DNA of 64,000 bases, from IMG/VR virus record IMGVR_UViG_3300002140_000088; one strand, 5' to 3'. This document shows, in pieces, positions 16,948 to 29,463 of the stretch. The DNA comes from an uncultured virus (IMG/VR IMGVR_UViG_3300002140_000088) (Duplodnaviria; Heunggongvirae; Uroviricota; Caudoviricetes). The notes beneath the pieces are model-generated. The model searched no databases and was not told where the DNA came from. It was given only the letters and a program-made list of their open reading frames with translations. The position numbers were made by a program, and so were the translations under genes. How positions within the stretch are numbered: position 1 is the stretch's first letter; each line of letters opens with the position of its first letter.

Positions 16948-17172
16948 CTAAGCAGCTAAAGCTGTAATCTTATCGGGCTGAAATCCAGCAAAAGAAGTGC
17001 CGTCTGGTGCGATAACAACAGGAGCAGCACGATAACCTAATTCAATTAGCCTGTCTAGTTCTTCAGGATTCTGGGTAATGTTAATTGTTTCATACTCTAC
17101 CCCGATCTTATCCATAAGTCTCTTAGTCATATCGCACTGGACACAATTATCCTTAGTATAAACAGTCGTCAT
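16948..17172 (-). CDS. nrdH: glutaredoxin-like NrdH
   Basis: TVYTKDNCVQC...GYRAAPVV...GFQPDKI. Confidence 0.92.
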   Translation of the reverse strand: MTTVYTKDNCVQCDMTKRLMDKIGVEYETINITQNPEELDRLIELGYRAAPVVIAPDGTSFAGFQPDKITALAA

Positions 17173-17212
17173 GTTGCTCTCCTTTGTAGTTGAATAGATC
17201 TATTATACATGC

Positions 17213-17911
17213 TTATTTACCGCCATGCTTCCATGCGTGCATACTTACTGGAAACTTTTGATTTGTTAAAGTGGATACCGCTGAGGCATACTCCTGGATC
17301 TCCCACTGAGCATCATGCCCTAGCCTTTGATCAAGGAATGTTATAACACCCTGTAGTGATACAGTCCAACGCCACCGTACATACATTGCATATGCTGGAA
17401 GGAATAGTCTAGCAAGCTCTGGAGCTACTCCAGCTTCCATTGCCTCTTGGTATTGGGATACTCCATCTTTTATAATTCTATTAAGAGCTTCGGTATAATA
17501 CTTTCCTTCAGAAGCTGGGATAGGGTCTCCGCTACCCTGCTTGCTATTCGTTGGCTTACTTCTCCACTGTTTTGCTTTTGGAAGATAAAACTCTTCAGAC
17601 TCTGTAACATACCTACGAGAAGATTCGTTCCAACCATTCTGATCATCAATATGGGTAGATGCCACAGCGTACTTCCACCACTGCCTAGCAACCAACAGTG
17701 GGGCATATACCTCGAACGTTAAAGCAGCATGTCTAAATGGTGAGGTATGATTTTCTCTAAGCAAGAAATCAATTAGTTTAATATCTTTGCTTTCCATAAC
17801 ATCTGATTCTTTATCATAGGATACCCTGGCTGCATTAACAACAGACAGATCACCGCCTAACACATCTACTAATCTTACGTAGCCTTTATCTAATACCTTT
17901 ATTTTTTCCAT
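17213..17911 (-). CDS. thyX: flavin-dependent thymidylate synthase
   Basis: VNAARVS, HTSPFRH, NESSRRY, AQWEIQEYA; start set at ATG 17911 because the longer ORF runs into the tRNA. Confidence 0.92.
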   Translation of the reverse strand: MEKIKVLDKGYVRLVDVLGGDLSVVNAARVSYDKESDVMESKDIKLIDFLLRENHTSPFRHAALTFEVYAPLLVARQWWKYAVASTHIDDQNGWNESSRRYVTESEEFYLPKAKQWRSKPTNSKQGSGDPIPASEGKYYTEALNRIIKDGVSQYQEAMEAGVAPELARLFLPAYAMYVRWRWTVSLQGVITFLDQRLGHDAQWEIQEYASAVSTLTNQKFPVSMHAWKHGGK

Positions 17912-17925
17912 TGTTACCCTTTCCG

Positions 17926-17999
17926 TACCCTCTGTGGGACTTGAACCCACGACTACCGAATTATGAGTTCGGGGCTCTAACCAGCTGAGCTAAGAGGGC
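17926..17999 (-). tRNA. tRNA with CAT anticodon (Ile2 or elongator Met)
   Basis: GCCCTCTTAGCTCAG...CCGAA-CTCATAA-TTCGG...GTTCAAGTCC...AGAGGGTA cloverleaf; no encoded CCA. Confidence 0.9.
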
Positions 18000-18013
18000 A
18001 TATTAAGTTATAG

Positions 18014-18091
18014 TCCCACGTCGAAGAATCGAACTTCGCTAGCCAATCGGCATCGGATTTACAGTCCAATTTCTGTCCCAGCAGCCATGGG
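18014..18091 (-). tRNA. atypical tRNA-Tyr(GTA)
   Basis: CTGTAAA loop, variable arm GCC-GATT-GGC, T arm CGAAG-TTCGATT-CTTCG; shortened D arm; C1-G72. Confidence 0.65.
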
Positions 18092-18108
18092 TTATATTAA
18101 GTTATTCG

Positions 18109-18182
18109 AGCCTTCTATCGGATTCGAACCGATGACCTACGCATTACAAGTGCGTTGCTCTGGCCAACTGAGCTAAGAAGGC
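18109..18182 (-). tRNA. tRNA-Thr(TGT)
   Basis: GCCTTCT...ACGCA-CTTGTAA-TGCGT...AGAAGGC cloverleaf. Confidence 0.92.
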
Positions 18183-18196
18183 AATGCTATGTTAGA

Positions 18197-18225
18197 AGTA
18201 TACCCCTTAAGATTATCTATGTCAA
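18197..18225 (-). promoter_or_regulatory. sigma70-type promoter inside the tRNA array
   Basis: TTGACA-17 bp-TATACT upstream of tRNA-Thr. Confidence 0.75.
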
Positions 18226-18275
18226 ATCTGATGCCGTACTAAGACATTTGTATTTGTTTGTGTACGACTACATTG

Positions 18276-18348
18276 CGACCCTGACCAGACTTGAACTGGC
18301 GACTTCCTCCGTGACAGGGAGGCACTCTAACCACTGAGCTACAGGGCC
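18276..18348 (-). tRNA. tRNA-Asp(GTC)
   Basis: GGCCCTG...CCTCC-CTGTCAC-GGAGG...CAGGGTCG cloverleaf. Confidence 0.92.
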
Positions 18349-18349
18349 G

Positions 18350-18420
18350 AGCAAATAGCAGGAATCGAACCAGCATCGTAACCTTGGCAAGGTTAAGTTT
18401 TACCACTAAACTATATTTGC
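18350..18420 (-). tRNA. tRNA-Gly(GCC)
   Basis: GCAAATA...AACC-TTGCCAA-GGTT...TATTTGCT cloverleaf. Confidence 0.88.
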
Positions 18421-18421
18421 G

Positions 18422-18493
18422 CTGGGATGGCAAGATTCGAACTTGCAACCTCGAAATTAACAGTTTCTTGCGCTACCATTGCGCCACATCCCA
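18422..18493 (-). tRNA. tRNA-Asn(GTT)
   Basis: TGGGATG...GAAA-CTGTTAA-TTTC...CATCCCAG cloverleaf. Confidence 0.88.
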
Positions 18494-18503
18494 ATCATTA
18501 ACT

Positions 18504-18785
18504 CTATTCTATACCAAGACCTAGTATTTCGTCAAGTTCTTCAAAGCCCTCATCATCCATTTCTACCGCTTTAAGGAATAACATAAACGTTTCTTCTATA
18601 AAACTTTCAATGGCAGAATTCTTTTCAGAAATAATGTTCTCATCTAATAGAAATGCCAGAGGCAAACTAATATCGTTATAGTTAAAGAAGTCCTCTAGGG
18701 TTTCTTCATTACGATATCTAATCCAGAGATCACTAAGAATTTTACACTTTGCACTAAATGTTGTAGATTTTTGATCACCCATCAC
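18504..18785 (-). CDS. acidic hypothetical protein
   Basis: Resembles the C-terminal half of ORF 1299-1787. Confidence 0.7.
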   Translation of the reverse strand: MMGDQKSTTFSAKCKILSDLWIRYRNEETLEDFFNYNDISLPLAFLLDENIISEKNSAIESFIEETFMLFLKAVEMDDEGFEELDEILGLGIE

Positions 18786-19554
18786 GCAACAGTCTCCTTA
18801 AAAATAGTCCACTTATATTGTTCTTTTTCTTAAACGATGGCTTCTTTGTTTTAATAGGTACGCAGGCTTCTCCATCTACTGATAATAGTTTAGATAGATC
18901 TGTAGCTCTTATGTATGCAGAACCGTTGATCCCATAGTCATTACCCCAAGAATTTCTCCACCGAAAAACTTCAACGGTTTCAGAACCAATTTTCATTGCT
19001 GGATCATAACCAGTTATGACTAGGCAATGACCACCAACTAGGTTACCACTAACAGAGACAATTCCGGCATTGTTAGTGCTATACATACCACTTCTCCATG
19101 GCACACCAATTACGACTGGACCAGTAGTGATTATAGAAGTCCTAACATCATCAATGCCAAAGCACCAGCGGTAGCTATCAATTAATCCTTCTTCAAGGAT
19201 TATCTTTGCACCAGCCAGTACAGAAGTGCCTTCGTAGTCTTCCCCAGGCCATTGATCAATCTTTTTTGCACGCTTGTAGTATCCTCTTGCAATACTATTG
19301 GCCTGAGCCACTTGCGGCTGAGGCAGTGGAGCATTTGGATTGGATAAAATATTTCCCATCCAACCAAACCCCACACAGGCTCCTTCTGAACCCTGATCAA
19401 GGACAATGCCTTCTTCCCAGAAGACTTTTCTCTTCACCACTCTCTTATTATTTAAATAAGATTGAATAGAATATTGTTTTGATTTTTCATCATGCCTTGA
19501 CTTCCAGTCTAGATTGACTTGCTTGTTATCCATAGCATCCTTATCTGTACTCAT
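18775..19554 (-). CDS. papain-like cysteine peptidase (C1A)
   Basis: DQGSEGACVGF, GGHC and RNSWG catalytic motifs. Confidence 0.88.
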   Translation of the reverse strand: MSTDKDAMDNKQVNLDWKSRHDEKSKQYSIQSYLNNKRVVKRKVFWEEGIVLDQGSEGACVGFGWMGNILSNPNAPLPQPQVAQANSIARGYYKRAKKIDQWPGEDYEGTSVLAGAKIILEEGLIDSYRWCFGIDDVRTSIITTGPVVIGVPWRSGMYSTNNAGIVSVSGNLVGGHCLVITGYDPAMKIGSETVEVFRWRNSWGNDYGINGSAYIRATDLSKLLSVDGEACVPIKTKKPSFKKKNNISGLFLRRLLRDG

Positions 19555-19573
19555 ACATACATTGTATCAGAGC

Positions 19574-22627
<3,054 letters not shown>

Positions 22628-22635
<8 letters not shown>

Positions 22636-23035
22636 AAAGCAGCTTTAACCTTTCGTTTATTTTATTAACATCATCATCTGTGCCAAATATTTCTACCCTT
22701 GCAATGACTGGCACACCTGTCTTTGCACTTATTAAGTCTGCGGCTTTACAGTAATTCTCACCGAAGTTTGTGTTTCCTAAACCTACCACTCCCATTAATA
22801 GTTTACGATTTTCTTTAACATTTAAAAAATATCGTACTTGTCTGGGGATTGCTGTTCTTTCTTCGCCCCCACCATAAGTAGGTACAAAGATAACGTACCT
22901 ACGATCAAATACAGGAACGCTGTCCCTAGTAGTACTAATAGGAATCCTAAAACTATCTTCATTGAACTTCTCCACAAATCTTTTAGTATTCCCAGAGTAA
23001 TTAGAAAAATATACTATGTCAATAGGTATATTCAA
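22628..23035 (-). CDS. nrdI: flavodoxin NrdI
   Basis: [29 protein letters not shown]. Confidence 0.95.
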
Positions 23036-23089
23036 TTGTACTCTCCTTTATAAAAAAAATAATAATACAAGCTTAAAGGTTGCCTAGAG

Positions 23090-24865
23090 TTATAACATGT
23101 TCATGTTATCTAGATACTCTCTAATGTCTTCTGGGACAGGTTTATATTGTATCACGTTAGCTGGTAGATCTTCAAGTCGAGGCTTAGACCTATCCCTGAA
23201 GGTATGTATCTCAACCTCCTGGTTAAGATTTTTAGGTGTATGAGATATGGCACCAAAGATTGCACCGCATACAGCATCTGCTAAGTCTTTAGAACTTTTA
23301 CGAGGGTGGTCTACACGATTGCCCTTGACAATTTTAAGCTCAGTAAGCTCTTCAAATAAAAGATCAATTGATGGCATTGCTAGTCTTTCTTCATAAACAA
23401 GCATAGCCATATCCTCATAGTGCTTCTTGGCTACAGATACTGTCTCTGTTTTTATGCCTACCTGCTTTAATTCATTTTGAATATCAAATGATTGCCAACG
23501 GTCAAAGCTAACCATGCCAAGATTGAATCCTAGCCTTCTTAGGTTTTGAATCCACTTCTTTACTTCGGATAGGTCAACTGGCCCCTCAACTTTTGGCTCC
23601 CACCATGCCACAGCATCAACCACAACTACTGGAGCAACCTGCTCATAGTCTTTGATAACCTGAATGTTAACCCATCTATCTACGTGTGCAATTGCTACAG
23701 CACACTTGTCATGGCGTTGTGCAAGGTCGGCATGGACAAAGTAAACCTTATCTGGGTCTGGCTTAAACGTTGGATCGAACCTTCTAAAGGTATCTAAAGG
23801 ATTCCTAGTTGACATAGCATTAGAAACCTTTTCACGCTGCTTAAAGAATGCGTCAGAAGAATAGGTTGGCACACAAAGGAAACGCATCATAGCATCACCG
23901 AGATCCGTGTAAAATGCTAGCTTAAAGTCATCGATCTTCCTTGTTGGATTTACTTCCCAAGTAGGGCGTTTCAAAGCAAATACATTAGGATACTTATATG
24001 CAATAATATTATCTTCATCCCAGCTTATGTCAAGAGTATTGCCAGTCAGATCTTCTGGCAGATCTGGATTCATAATAAATGTATGAGTTCTTTCAATAGT
24101 TTCTTTTTCCATGATAGAGTCTTCATACTTGCTAGAAATAAAGTCTCCAGGGTATCTTGGAAATGATAGTAGTGCTACCTTGCCAAGATCGGGGAAGCGA
24201 GAGTCTACTGTACCACGGAATGCTTTATAGATATTATCTGCCGTTTTGCCCTGCTCATTGCCAGTTCCAACATCATTAGCAAAACCAGAAATCTCATCGA
24301 GAATAGCAACCAATAGATTAAGACCCTCATGAGATTCTCTCTCAGAGTGTCCAGAGTATACAGTGATAGTTTTATCAAACTCAATGGAATCCATCTTGGC
24401 ATAGTACTTACCAGCAAACCACGGTGATTTTTCAATCTTGGTTTTAAAACCTTTAAAGAAAACATTCTTAGCCTGTTGTGCGTTGATAGCAATGTTAATA
24501 ATATCAATAGCGTCACCAGAAGGCTTACCGTAATATCTTGCTGGATCTTTAAGGCATAGAAGCTTATACACAATATATGCTACAGCTACTGTGGACACAA
24601 AGTCTTTTCCACTACCTTTGCCGAGCTGAAGAATTACCTCATTCTTTGTATATTTCTTATAAAACTTTGTGCCCTCATCATTACCCATGAGGCGTTGAAG
24701 CTCTTCTTTCTTGTAGATTTGACTCATAGCAAGAACAATATCGTACTGAATATCAGATAGTTGTGGCTGGCCAAGGTAGTGCTCACCCTCTACAAAGGTC
24801 TTGACATCAACTGGCTCTTCTTCAAATGGGTTATCCTGCAGAACCTCAAGGAAATCATCAAACAT
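23090..24865 (-). CDS. terminase large subunit
   Basis: GKGSGKD Walker A, ILDEISGF Walker B, nuclease motifs HADLA and DHP...KDLADA. Confidence 0.9.
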   Translation of the reverse strand: MFDDFLEVLQDNPFEEEPVDVKTFVEGEHYLGQPQLSDIQYDIVLAMSQIYKKEELQRLMGNDEGTKFYKKYTKNEVILQLGKGSGKDFVSTVAVAYIVYKLLCLKDPARYYGKPSGDAIDIINIAINAQQAKNVFFKGFKTKIEKSPWFAGKYYAKMDSIEFDKTITVYSGHSERESHEGLNLLVAILDEISGFANDVGTGNEQGKTADNIYKAFRGTVDSRFPDLGKVALLSFPRYPGDFISSKYEDSIMEKETIERTHTFIMNPDLPEDLTGNTLDISWDEDNIIAYKYPNVFALKRPTWEVNPTRKIDDFKLAFYTDLGDAMMRFLCVPTYSSDAFFKQREKVSNAMSTRNPLDTFRRFDPTFKPDPDKVYFVHADLAQRHDKCAVAIAHVDRWVNIQVIKDYEQVAPVVVVDAVAWWEPKVEGPVDLSEVKKWIQNLRRLGFNLGMVSFDRWQSFDIQNELKQVGIKTETVSVAKKHYEDMAMLVYEERLAMPSIDLLFEELTELKIVKGNRVDHPRKSSKDLADAVCGAIFGAISHTPKNLNQEVEIHTFRDRSKPRLEDLPANVIQYKPVPEDIREYLDNMNML

Positions 24866-25394
24866 TTTGGATTATTGTCACTGTCTCATTAATATTTCTA
24901 GATACTTCTGATAGTCTACGCATAACTTTATCCCTAATCTCTGGGTGCTCAGCAGCAATGTCTTTAAGAATATTCATCAAGATTCCCTGCCTACGCTCAA
25001 TCTCCATCATCTCTTCTGCAAGCTCTTTATTTTCTAATAGACCAGCTTTTTGTAGCATCTCAATACGCCTTGACTCAATATCCATGACTAATTTAATCCC
25101 AGCAGTCTTAGCACTTAGATTAGCTGTAGTTGTAGCTTCATCAATTACCTCATATGTATGAGTAATTAGTCTACTATAATGTTCATCTGCAGCAGCCAGA
25201 GCTTCTTTAGCCCTTGCACGAATAGCACTATTGTCAGAGGCCATGATCTGCCACTCTTTAATATGTTTTACTACTGTTGTCCTAGGTATAGACAACTCTT
25301 TAGAAATTTTAGTAGGGTCGCTACCCTTTAGATATTCTCCAACAACCTTATTTACTTCATCAAGGTGTTGTACTAGCTGTTCCTCGTTTTGCAT
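24858..25394 (-). CDS. HTH protein, probable terminase small subunit
   Basis: N-terminal HTH (PTKISKELSIPRTTV), helical; coupled directly upstream of TerL. Confidence 0.6.
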   Translation of the reverse strand: MQNEEQLVQHLDEVNKVVGEYLKGSDPTKISKELSIPRTTVVKHIKEWQIMASDNSAIRARAKEALAAADEHYSRLITHTYEVIDEATTTANLSAKTAGIKLVMDIESRRIEMLQKAGLLENKELAEEMMEIERRQGILMNILKDIAAEHPEIRDKVMRRLSEVSRNINETVTIIQNV

Positions 25395-25671
25395 TACGCC
25401 TAGCCCTTCTCTTGGGAATTCTCTTTACTCTATCTATCTTAAAGGATCTTAGTACACCTGTACGCATTTTATAGACCTCAAAGCAGTCTACCCATTGGGC
25501 ACCAGTCTCAGTATTAGTAACAAGACTATCAAACTTAAATCTCATACCCCACTCGTCTTTGATCTTGACGATCTCTCCTTTTTCAATAAGAAATCCATCT
25601 ACCGTGATTTCTGGGAAACGAAAGAACTTAGTGGGAGCATCTCCTGAGCCTGTCTTACGACCACGAACCAT
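25360..25671 (-). CDS. hypothetical protein (small beta-rich, basic tail)
   Basis: 103-aa ORF in the operon. Confidence 0.7.
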   Translation of the reverse strand: MVRGRKTGSGDAPTKFFRFPEITVDGFLIEKGEIVKIKDEWGMRFKFDSLVTNTETGAQWVDCFEVYKMRTGVLRSFKIDRVKRIPKRRARRNAKRGTASTTP

Positions 25672-25673
25672 TT

Positions 25674-26702
25674 TTATTCCTTTGCGTGAGGTTTAGTTTC
25701 ATTTAGCGAACTGCTTGATACTCTATTATACATGCTCTCAGCATAGAAGTCAATAAGGTTATGAACACCAGTATAAGACAGAGCACTTCTGAGACCTGCA
25801 GTAAAGTCATCAACAACATCTTTAACAGTCCCAGTATAAGGAATAGTGGTCGTAATACCCTCTACCCCAGAGACAGAGCCTCTGCCTTCCTCCTGTGCCT
25901 CCCTAGATGCCATCCCACGGAAGACCTTACGACCATCCACAACTTCTCCTGGAGATTCTTTTGTTCCAGCAAGGATTCTTCCAAGCATAACTGCGTTAGC
26001 TCCAGCTGCTAATGCTTTAGCAGCGTCACCAGAGTTTCTGATTCCACCATCAGCAATTAGGCTAGGGCCAGTACCATATGGGATACGATTTCGAATATCA
26101 AGAATAGATGCAAGGGTAGGAACTCCGTGAGCACTCACTACTCTAGTAGTACAGGCAGATCCTCCACCAATACCAACACGAATAGAATCTGCACCAGCAT
26201 CTGCAAGTCTTGCATATCCTCCCCACGTGGCTACATTGCCAGCCATAATGTGTAGGTGTGCACCAAACATTGAACGAAGATCTTGAACTGCTTTGATGGC
26301 ATATTCGCTGTGACCATTGGCTACATCAACCAATACAAGAGATGCTCCTGCTTCTACTATACGGAGGGCATCATCTAAAAAGTCTCCCCTGGCACCAATA
26401 GACCCACCAGACTTTGCCCGATGAGCTTTAGCCATTCTGATCTGTTCTGCCTGACGACCAATCGGCATATACCTATGGAATATACCAATACCACCTTCAT
26501 TGCGAAGAGCAATAGCCATATCCTGTTCGCAAACAGTATCCATAGGTGCTGCAATAATTGGTACACTAAGATTAATGCTTGTTGATCCAATACCAATCTT
26601 TGTATTTAAACTAACATCACTACGAGAACTGACCTCGGAATGTTGTGGAACTAGCAAGATGTCATCAAACGACAGCTGCTCTATATTGCTATACTCTCTC
26701 AT
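25674..26702 (-). CDS. guaB: IMP dehydrogenase/GMP reductase family, no CBS domains
   Basis: [38 protein letters not shown]. Confidence 0.85.
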   Translation of the reverse strand: MREYSNIEQLSFDDILLVPQHSEVSSRSDVSLNTKIGIGSTSINLSVPIIAAPMDTVCEQDMAIALRNEGGIGIFHRYMPIGRQAEQIRMAKAHRAKSGGSIGARGDFLDDALRIVEAGASLVLVDVANGHSEYAIKAVQDLRSMFGAHLHIMAGNVATWGGYARLADAGADSIRVGIGGGSACTTRVVSAHGVPTLASILDIRNRIPYGTGPSLIADGGIRNSGDAAKALAAGANAVMLGRILAGTKESPGEVVDGRKVFRGMASREAQEEGRGSVSGVEGITTTIPYTGTVKDVVDDFTAGLRSALSYTGVHNLIDFYAESMYNRVSSSSLNETKPHAKE

Positions 26703-26741
26703 TTTTCTCCTTTGCAATAAGTAATAATACTAACTCTTTGC

Positions 26742-26897
26742 TCACCGTCTAGATTTTCTTAATCCGAATTTAGCCAAATAAACATAGATTGTTTCTACAG
26801 TTACTCCGCATTCTTTAGCGATATCTTCTGGGGTTTTTCTATCCAGATGAAATCTTTTACGCAACCACATCTCGCTCTGATATAGTTTAGCAGCCAT
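26742..26897 (-). CDS. small HTH DNA-binding protein (51 aa)
   Basis: SD aaggagggg; MAAKLYQSEMWLRKRFHLDRKTPEDIAKECGVTVETIYVYLAKFGL. Confidence 0.75.
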   Translation of the reverse strand: MAAKLYQSEMWLRKRFHLDRKTPEDIAKECGVTVETIYVYLAKFGLRKSRR

Positions 26898-26909
26898 ATC
26901 CCCTCCTTG

Positions 26910-27485
26910 TCAAGCCAGCTTTTGCCAATTGTGTAATGCATAATGTCCTACGCCAACGGCATCAGCTATGTCGTTATCACTTATGGTTCGACCATACTTT
27001 TCGTTTACCAAGCTAATAGTCCTAAGCTTTCTAAACTCACGCTCTTTATTTTTATACCAAGCTATACTTCTACCTGGTGTTTCATATCTAATTAAATCTT
27101 TTTCTTCTTTGTTTAATCTATTATTACCTAGGAATGTTTGCCAAGCAATAGGATTAATAGACTTAATGACTTTTACGCCATTCAAAGATATACCGCCAAG
27201 CATTGCACCCTGAACTAGTGCAAGATCAGCTGCAGTTTTTGCACTATTTAAATAAATTGTGTGTTCTATGACAATCGCATCAAGATCTTTGTGGTGTGCA
27301 AAGAATGCTTTAGATTTTCTTACAGAGTCAGATACTTTGCGGTAAGTATTTGATCCACTAAAGTTAATCTTACCAATCTCAACCAAGGTGCCAGAATGAA
27401 ATACTGCAAAGGCTAGGTTATTAGTACTAGCATCAATTGAGCATATCTTCTTTGGCACTGGGTTTAGGGTATTAAGACTTACCAT
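26910..27485 (-). CDS. RuvC-like Holliday junction resolvase
   Basis: SIDAST, VIEH, DIADAVGVG acidic motifs. Confidence 0.8.
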   Translation of the reverse strand: MVSLNTLNPVPKKICSIDASTNNLAFAVFHSGTLVEIGKINFSGSNTYRKVSDSVRKSKAFFAHHKDLDAIVIEHTIYLNSAKTAADLALVQGAMLGGISLNGVKVIKSINPIAWQTFLGNNRLNKEEKDLIRYETPGRSIAWYKNKEREFRKLRTISLVNEKYGRTISDNDIADAVGVGHYALHNWQKLA

Positions 27486-27756
27486 CAGCAATATCCTTAA
27501 GCTGCTTCAAAGCCTTGATAACATCTTTTGGATTAACATTACAGGCATGACATATGCTTTCATCATTGTATGCCGAAAGTGGTGCATTGCATGACTTACA
27601 AAATCTTTTTTTGTTCATCATTTTAGCTCTGCGTCTTTGTGCATATTTTTGAGCTATCTTATCTTTTGTTGCTTCTTCCCTACACGCAGGAGAGCAATAG
27701 ATCTTATAGGATATTTTAGTCTCAAAGGGTGCGTCACACCATTGACAGTTCTTCAT
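27472..27756 (-). CDS. Zn-finger hypothetical protein
   Basis: Multiple CxxC motifs, YCSPAC. Confidence 0.75.
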   Translation of the reverse strand: MKNCQWCDAPFETKISYKIYCSPACREEATKDKIAQKYAQRRRAKMMNKKRFCKSCNAPLSAYNDESICHACNVNPKDVIKALKQLKDIADGKS

Positions 27757-28534
27757 TTATTGGCTCCAGAGAGTTAAGTTTAACGTCTCCCGTACCAGCA
27801 TCTGCACAAACCTTGGCCAGTGGACAAGTCTTGCAAATCTTTGAATTGGACCTATAGTTCTTGCTTGGAAGAGTTTTATCTTCCCAAGCCTTACGAACCG
27901 TTCTCATCCATTCAAATGCCTGGTCTACCCATTTAATGTAATAGTCATTTACTACAACAGGAATAGCCAACAGCTCGTGGTTATTCTTATTCTCGTATAC
28001 TAGTACACCCCTTGCTTTCTTTAGGATTTTCATATAAATAAGAAGCTGAATAAGGTGACCGCTCTTCGCCTTACGTGTCTTCTTGCGATACTCAAATCCT
28101 TCAGCCATAGCTGTTTTGATTTCTAGAAGAAGCTCTTCGCCTTTCCAGTTAACCATAACATCGCCATAGCCAAAGATTGGTGGATCGTTATAAGTAATCT
28201 TAAATTCTGAATCAACTACAATCCCAGCATCTGCCATTGCTTGCTGAATACGTTCGTGAGACTTAGTACCATTAGTCATATTGGCACCTGCAAATGGATC
28301 TGCATAGTCTTCAAATGTACCGCCCTCAAAAGCTAAATACCAATACCGTGCACATTCACCATGCCCATAGGCAATGGTAGATGGGGCAAAGGTTTTCTTT
28401 TGCTGATGCTTTGGGCCACGTTTAGCAATATATCCAGAGTTAATCTTTTCAATTAACTCTCCCATCTCTTGTCTTGCAGATGTGCTATCGCTGTCACTAG
28501 TTACCATAATTTGTTGCAATAAACTTTTAGTCAT
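27734..28534 (-). CDS. Cas4-like PD-(D/E)XK exonuclease
   Basis: PS...CAR, GTKSHERIQ, GYGD...EIKT, QLLIY, C-terminal CKTCPLAKVC. Confidence 0.85.
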   Translation of the reverse strand: MTKSLLQQIMVTSDSDSTSARQEMGELIEKINSGYIAKRGPKHQQKKTFAPSTIAYGHGECARYWYLAFEGGTFEDYADPFAGANMTNGTKSHERIQQAMADAGIVVDSEFKITYNDPPIFGYGDVMVNWKGEELLLEIKTAMAEGFEYRKKTRKAKSGHLIQLLIYMKILKKARGVLVYENKNNHELLAIPVVVNDYYIKWVDQAFEWMRTVRKAWEDKTLPSKNYRSNSKICKTCPLAKVCADAGTGDVKLNSLEPINEELSMV

Positions 28535-28538
28535 AATT

Positions 28539-28850
28539 TTATCGGGTAATATATTTAAGAGCTGCTACAAGATCATTAATTGCTGAAGCAGCTGTAAAAT
28601 ATATATTCTTTTTAGCCCTATCTCCCTTATCTACGTTGGCCATCCATGTTGCCTTAAAAGACATTTTGGCTGCAATAGCTTGCAGTCGTACAATTTCTAA
28701 TGTAGCCACACTGATTGGAATATCTGGCTTTAGTATCAGCTTAGCCACCATAGTGAGGGCCTGTGTAAGATCCTCATCCCCCATGAATTCTGCTATATCT
28801 GATAAACTGTTAACCATATCAATTGTTGTTTTATTTTCTGTTGTCACCAT
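28539..28850 (-). CDS. hypothetical protein
   Basis: Start at ATG 28850 or GTG 28847, downstream of TGGTACAAT. Confidence 0.7.
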   Translation of the reverse strand: MVTTENKTTIDMVNSLSDIAEFMGDEDLTQALTMVAKLILKPDIPISVATLEIVRLQAIAAKMSFKATWMANVDKGDRAKKNIYFTAASAINDLVAALKYITR

Positions 28851-28851
28851 A

Positions 28852-29463
28852 CTATTGTACCATCTTCTCCTGCTCAGAAATTTCTTGTCTTTCCTTAATA
28901 CTAACACTTGATGATCCAGGTAGCCAAGGGAGCAGTACTCGGTAAAGTTCTTCTAGAAGTACGACATCCTGAATCTGGTACTTCTTCATCTCACTCCATG
29001 CTTTATTATCTCCAGCCATACAGTTAATCCAAAGATCAAAACCAGAATGCTTGACCTTTGCACCAACACCAAGTGCCTGTGCAACATAGTCAAGCTTATT
29101 GGATGGAAACTTAAAGTTGGCTTTTACAATGCTCATAAGGTCCAAGTCTTTAACGATTGACGGAGGAGCCATTCCATTTTCAAGGAACTCCCTCTTGATG
29201 TGTTTGTGGTCAAAGGCAGCGGAATTCCAACCAACAAGGGCATCTGCTTCTTCCATCATGCTGTGAAGCTCTTCTAGCATAGCCTTCTTGCCATCGTGAT
29301 GGACTGACTTAAAGGTAACTGATTTCTTACCCTGCCATTTTGCACCGAAGCACATCATCTCCGTAGATTTGATGATTTGATTGATCCCAATGTTCTGGTC
29401 CCAAAGTCCCCAGGTATATACTTGCATTGGTGTAGTTTCTATATCCAGCATTAATATTTTCAT
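28852..29463 (-). CDS. DEDD 3'-5' exonuclease (DnaQ/RNase_H_2-like)
   Basis: LDIET, WNSAAFD, YQIQDV. Confidence 0.85.
   Translation of the reverse strand: MKILMLDIETTPMQVYTWGLWDQNIGINQIIKSTEMMCFGAKWQGKKSVTFKSVHHDGKKAMLEELHSMMEEADALVGWNSAAFDHKHIKREFLENGMAPPSIVKDLDLMSIVKANFKFPSNKLDYVAQALGVGAKVKHSGFDLWINCMAGDNKAWSEMKKYQIQDVVLLEELYRVLLPWLPGSSSVSIKERQEISEQEKMVQ

Noticed and set aside
17912..17950. N-terminal extension of ThyX in the ORF track
   Set aside because: It overlaps the tRNA; ATG 17911 is the better start
18155..18448. Short ORFs across the tRNA array
   Set aside because: They are shadows of the tRNA genes
27734..28534. Cas4-like gene as evidence of a CRISPR system
   Set aside because: No repeat-spacer array or other cas genes were seen; solo Cas4-like nucleases are common in phage recombination modules
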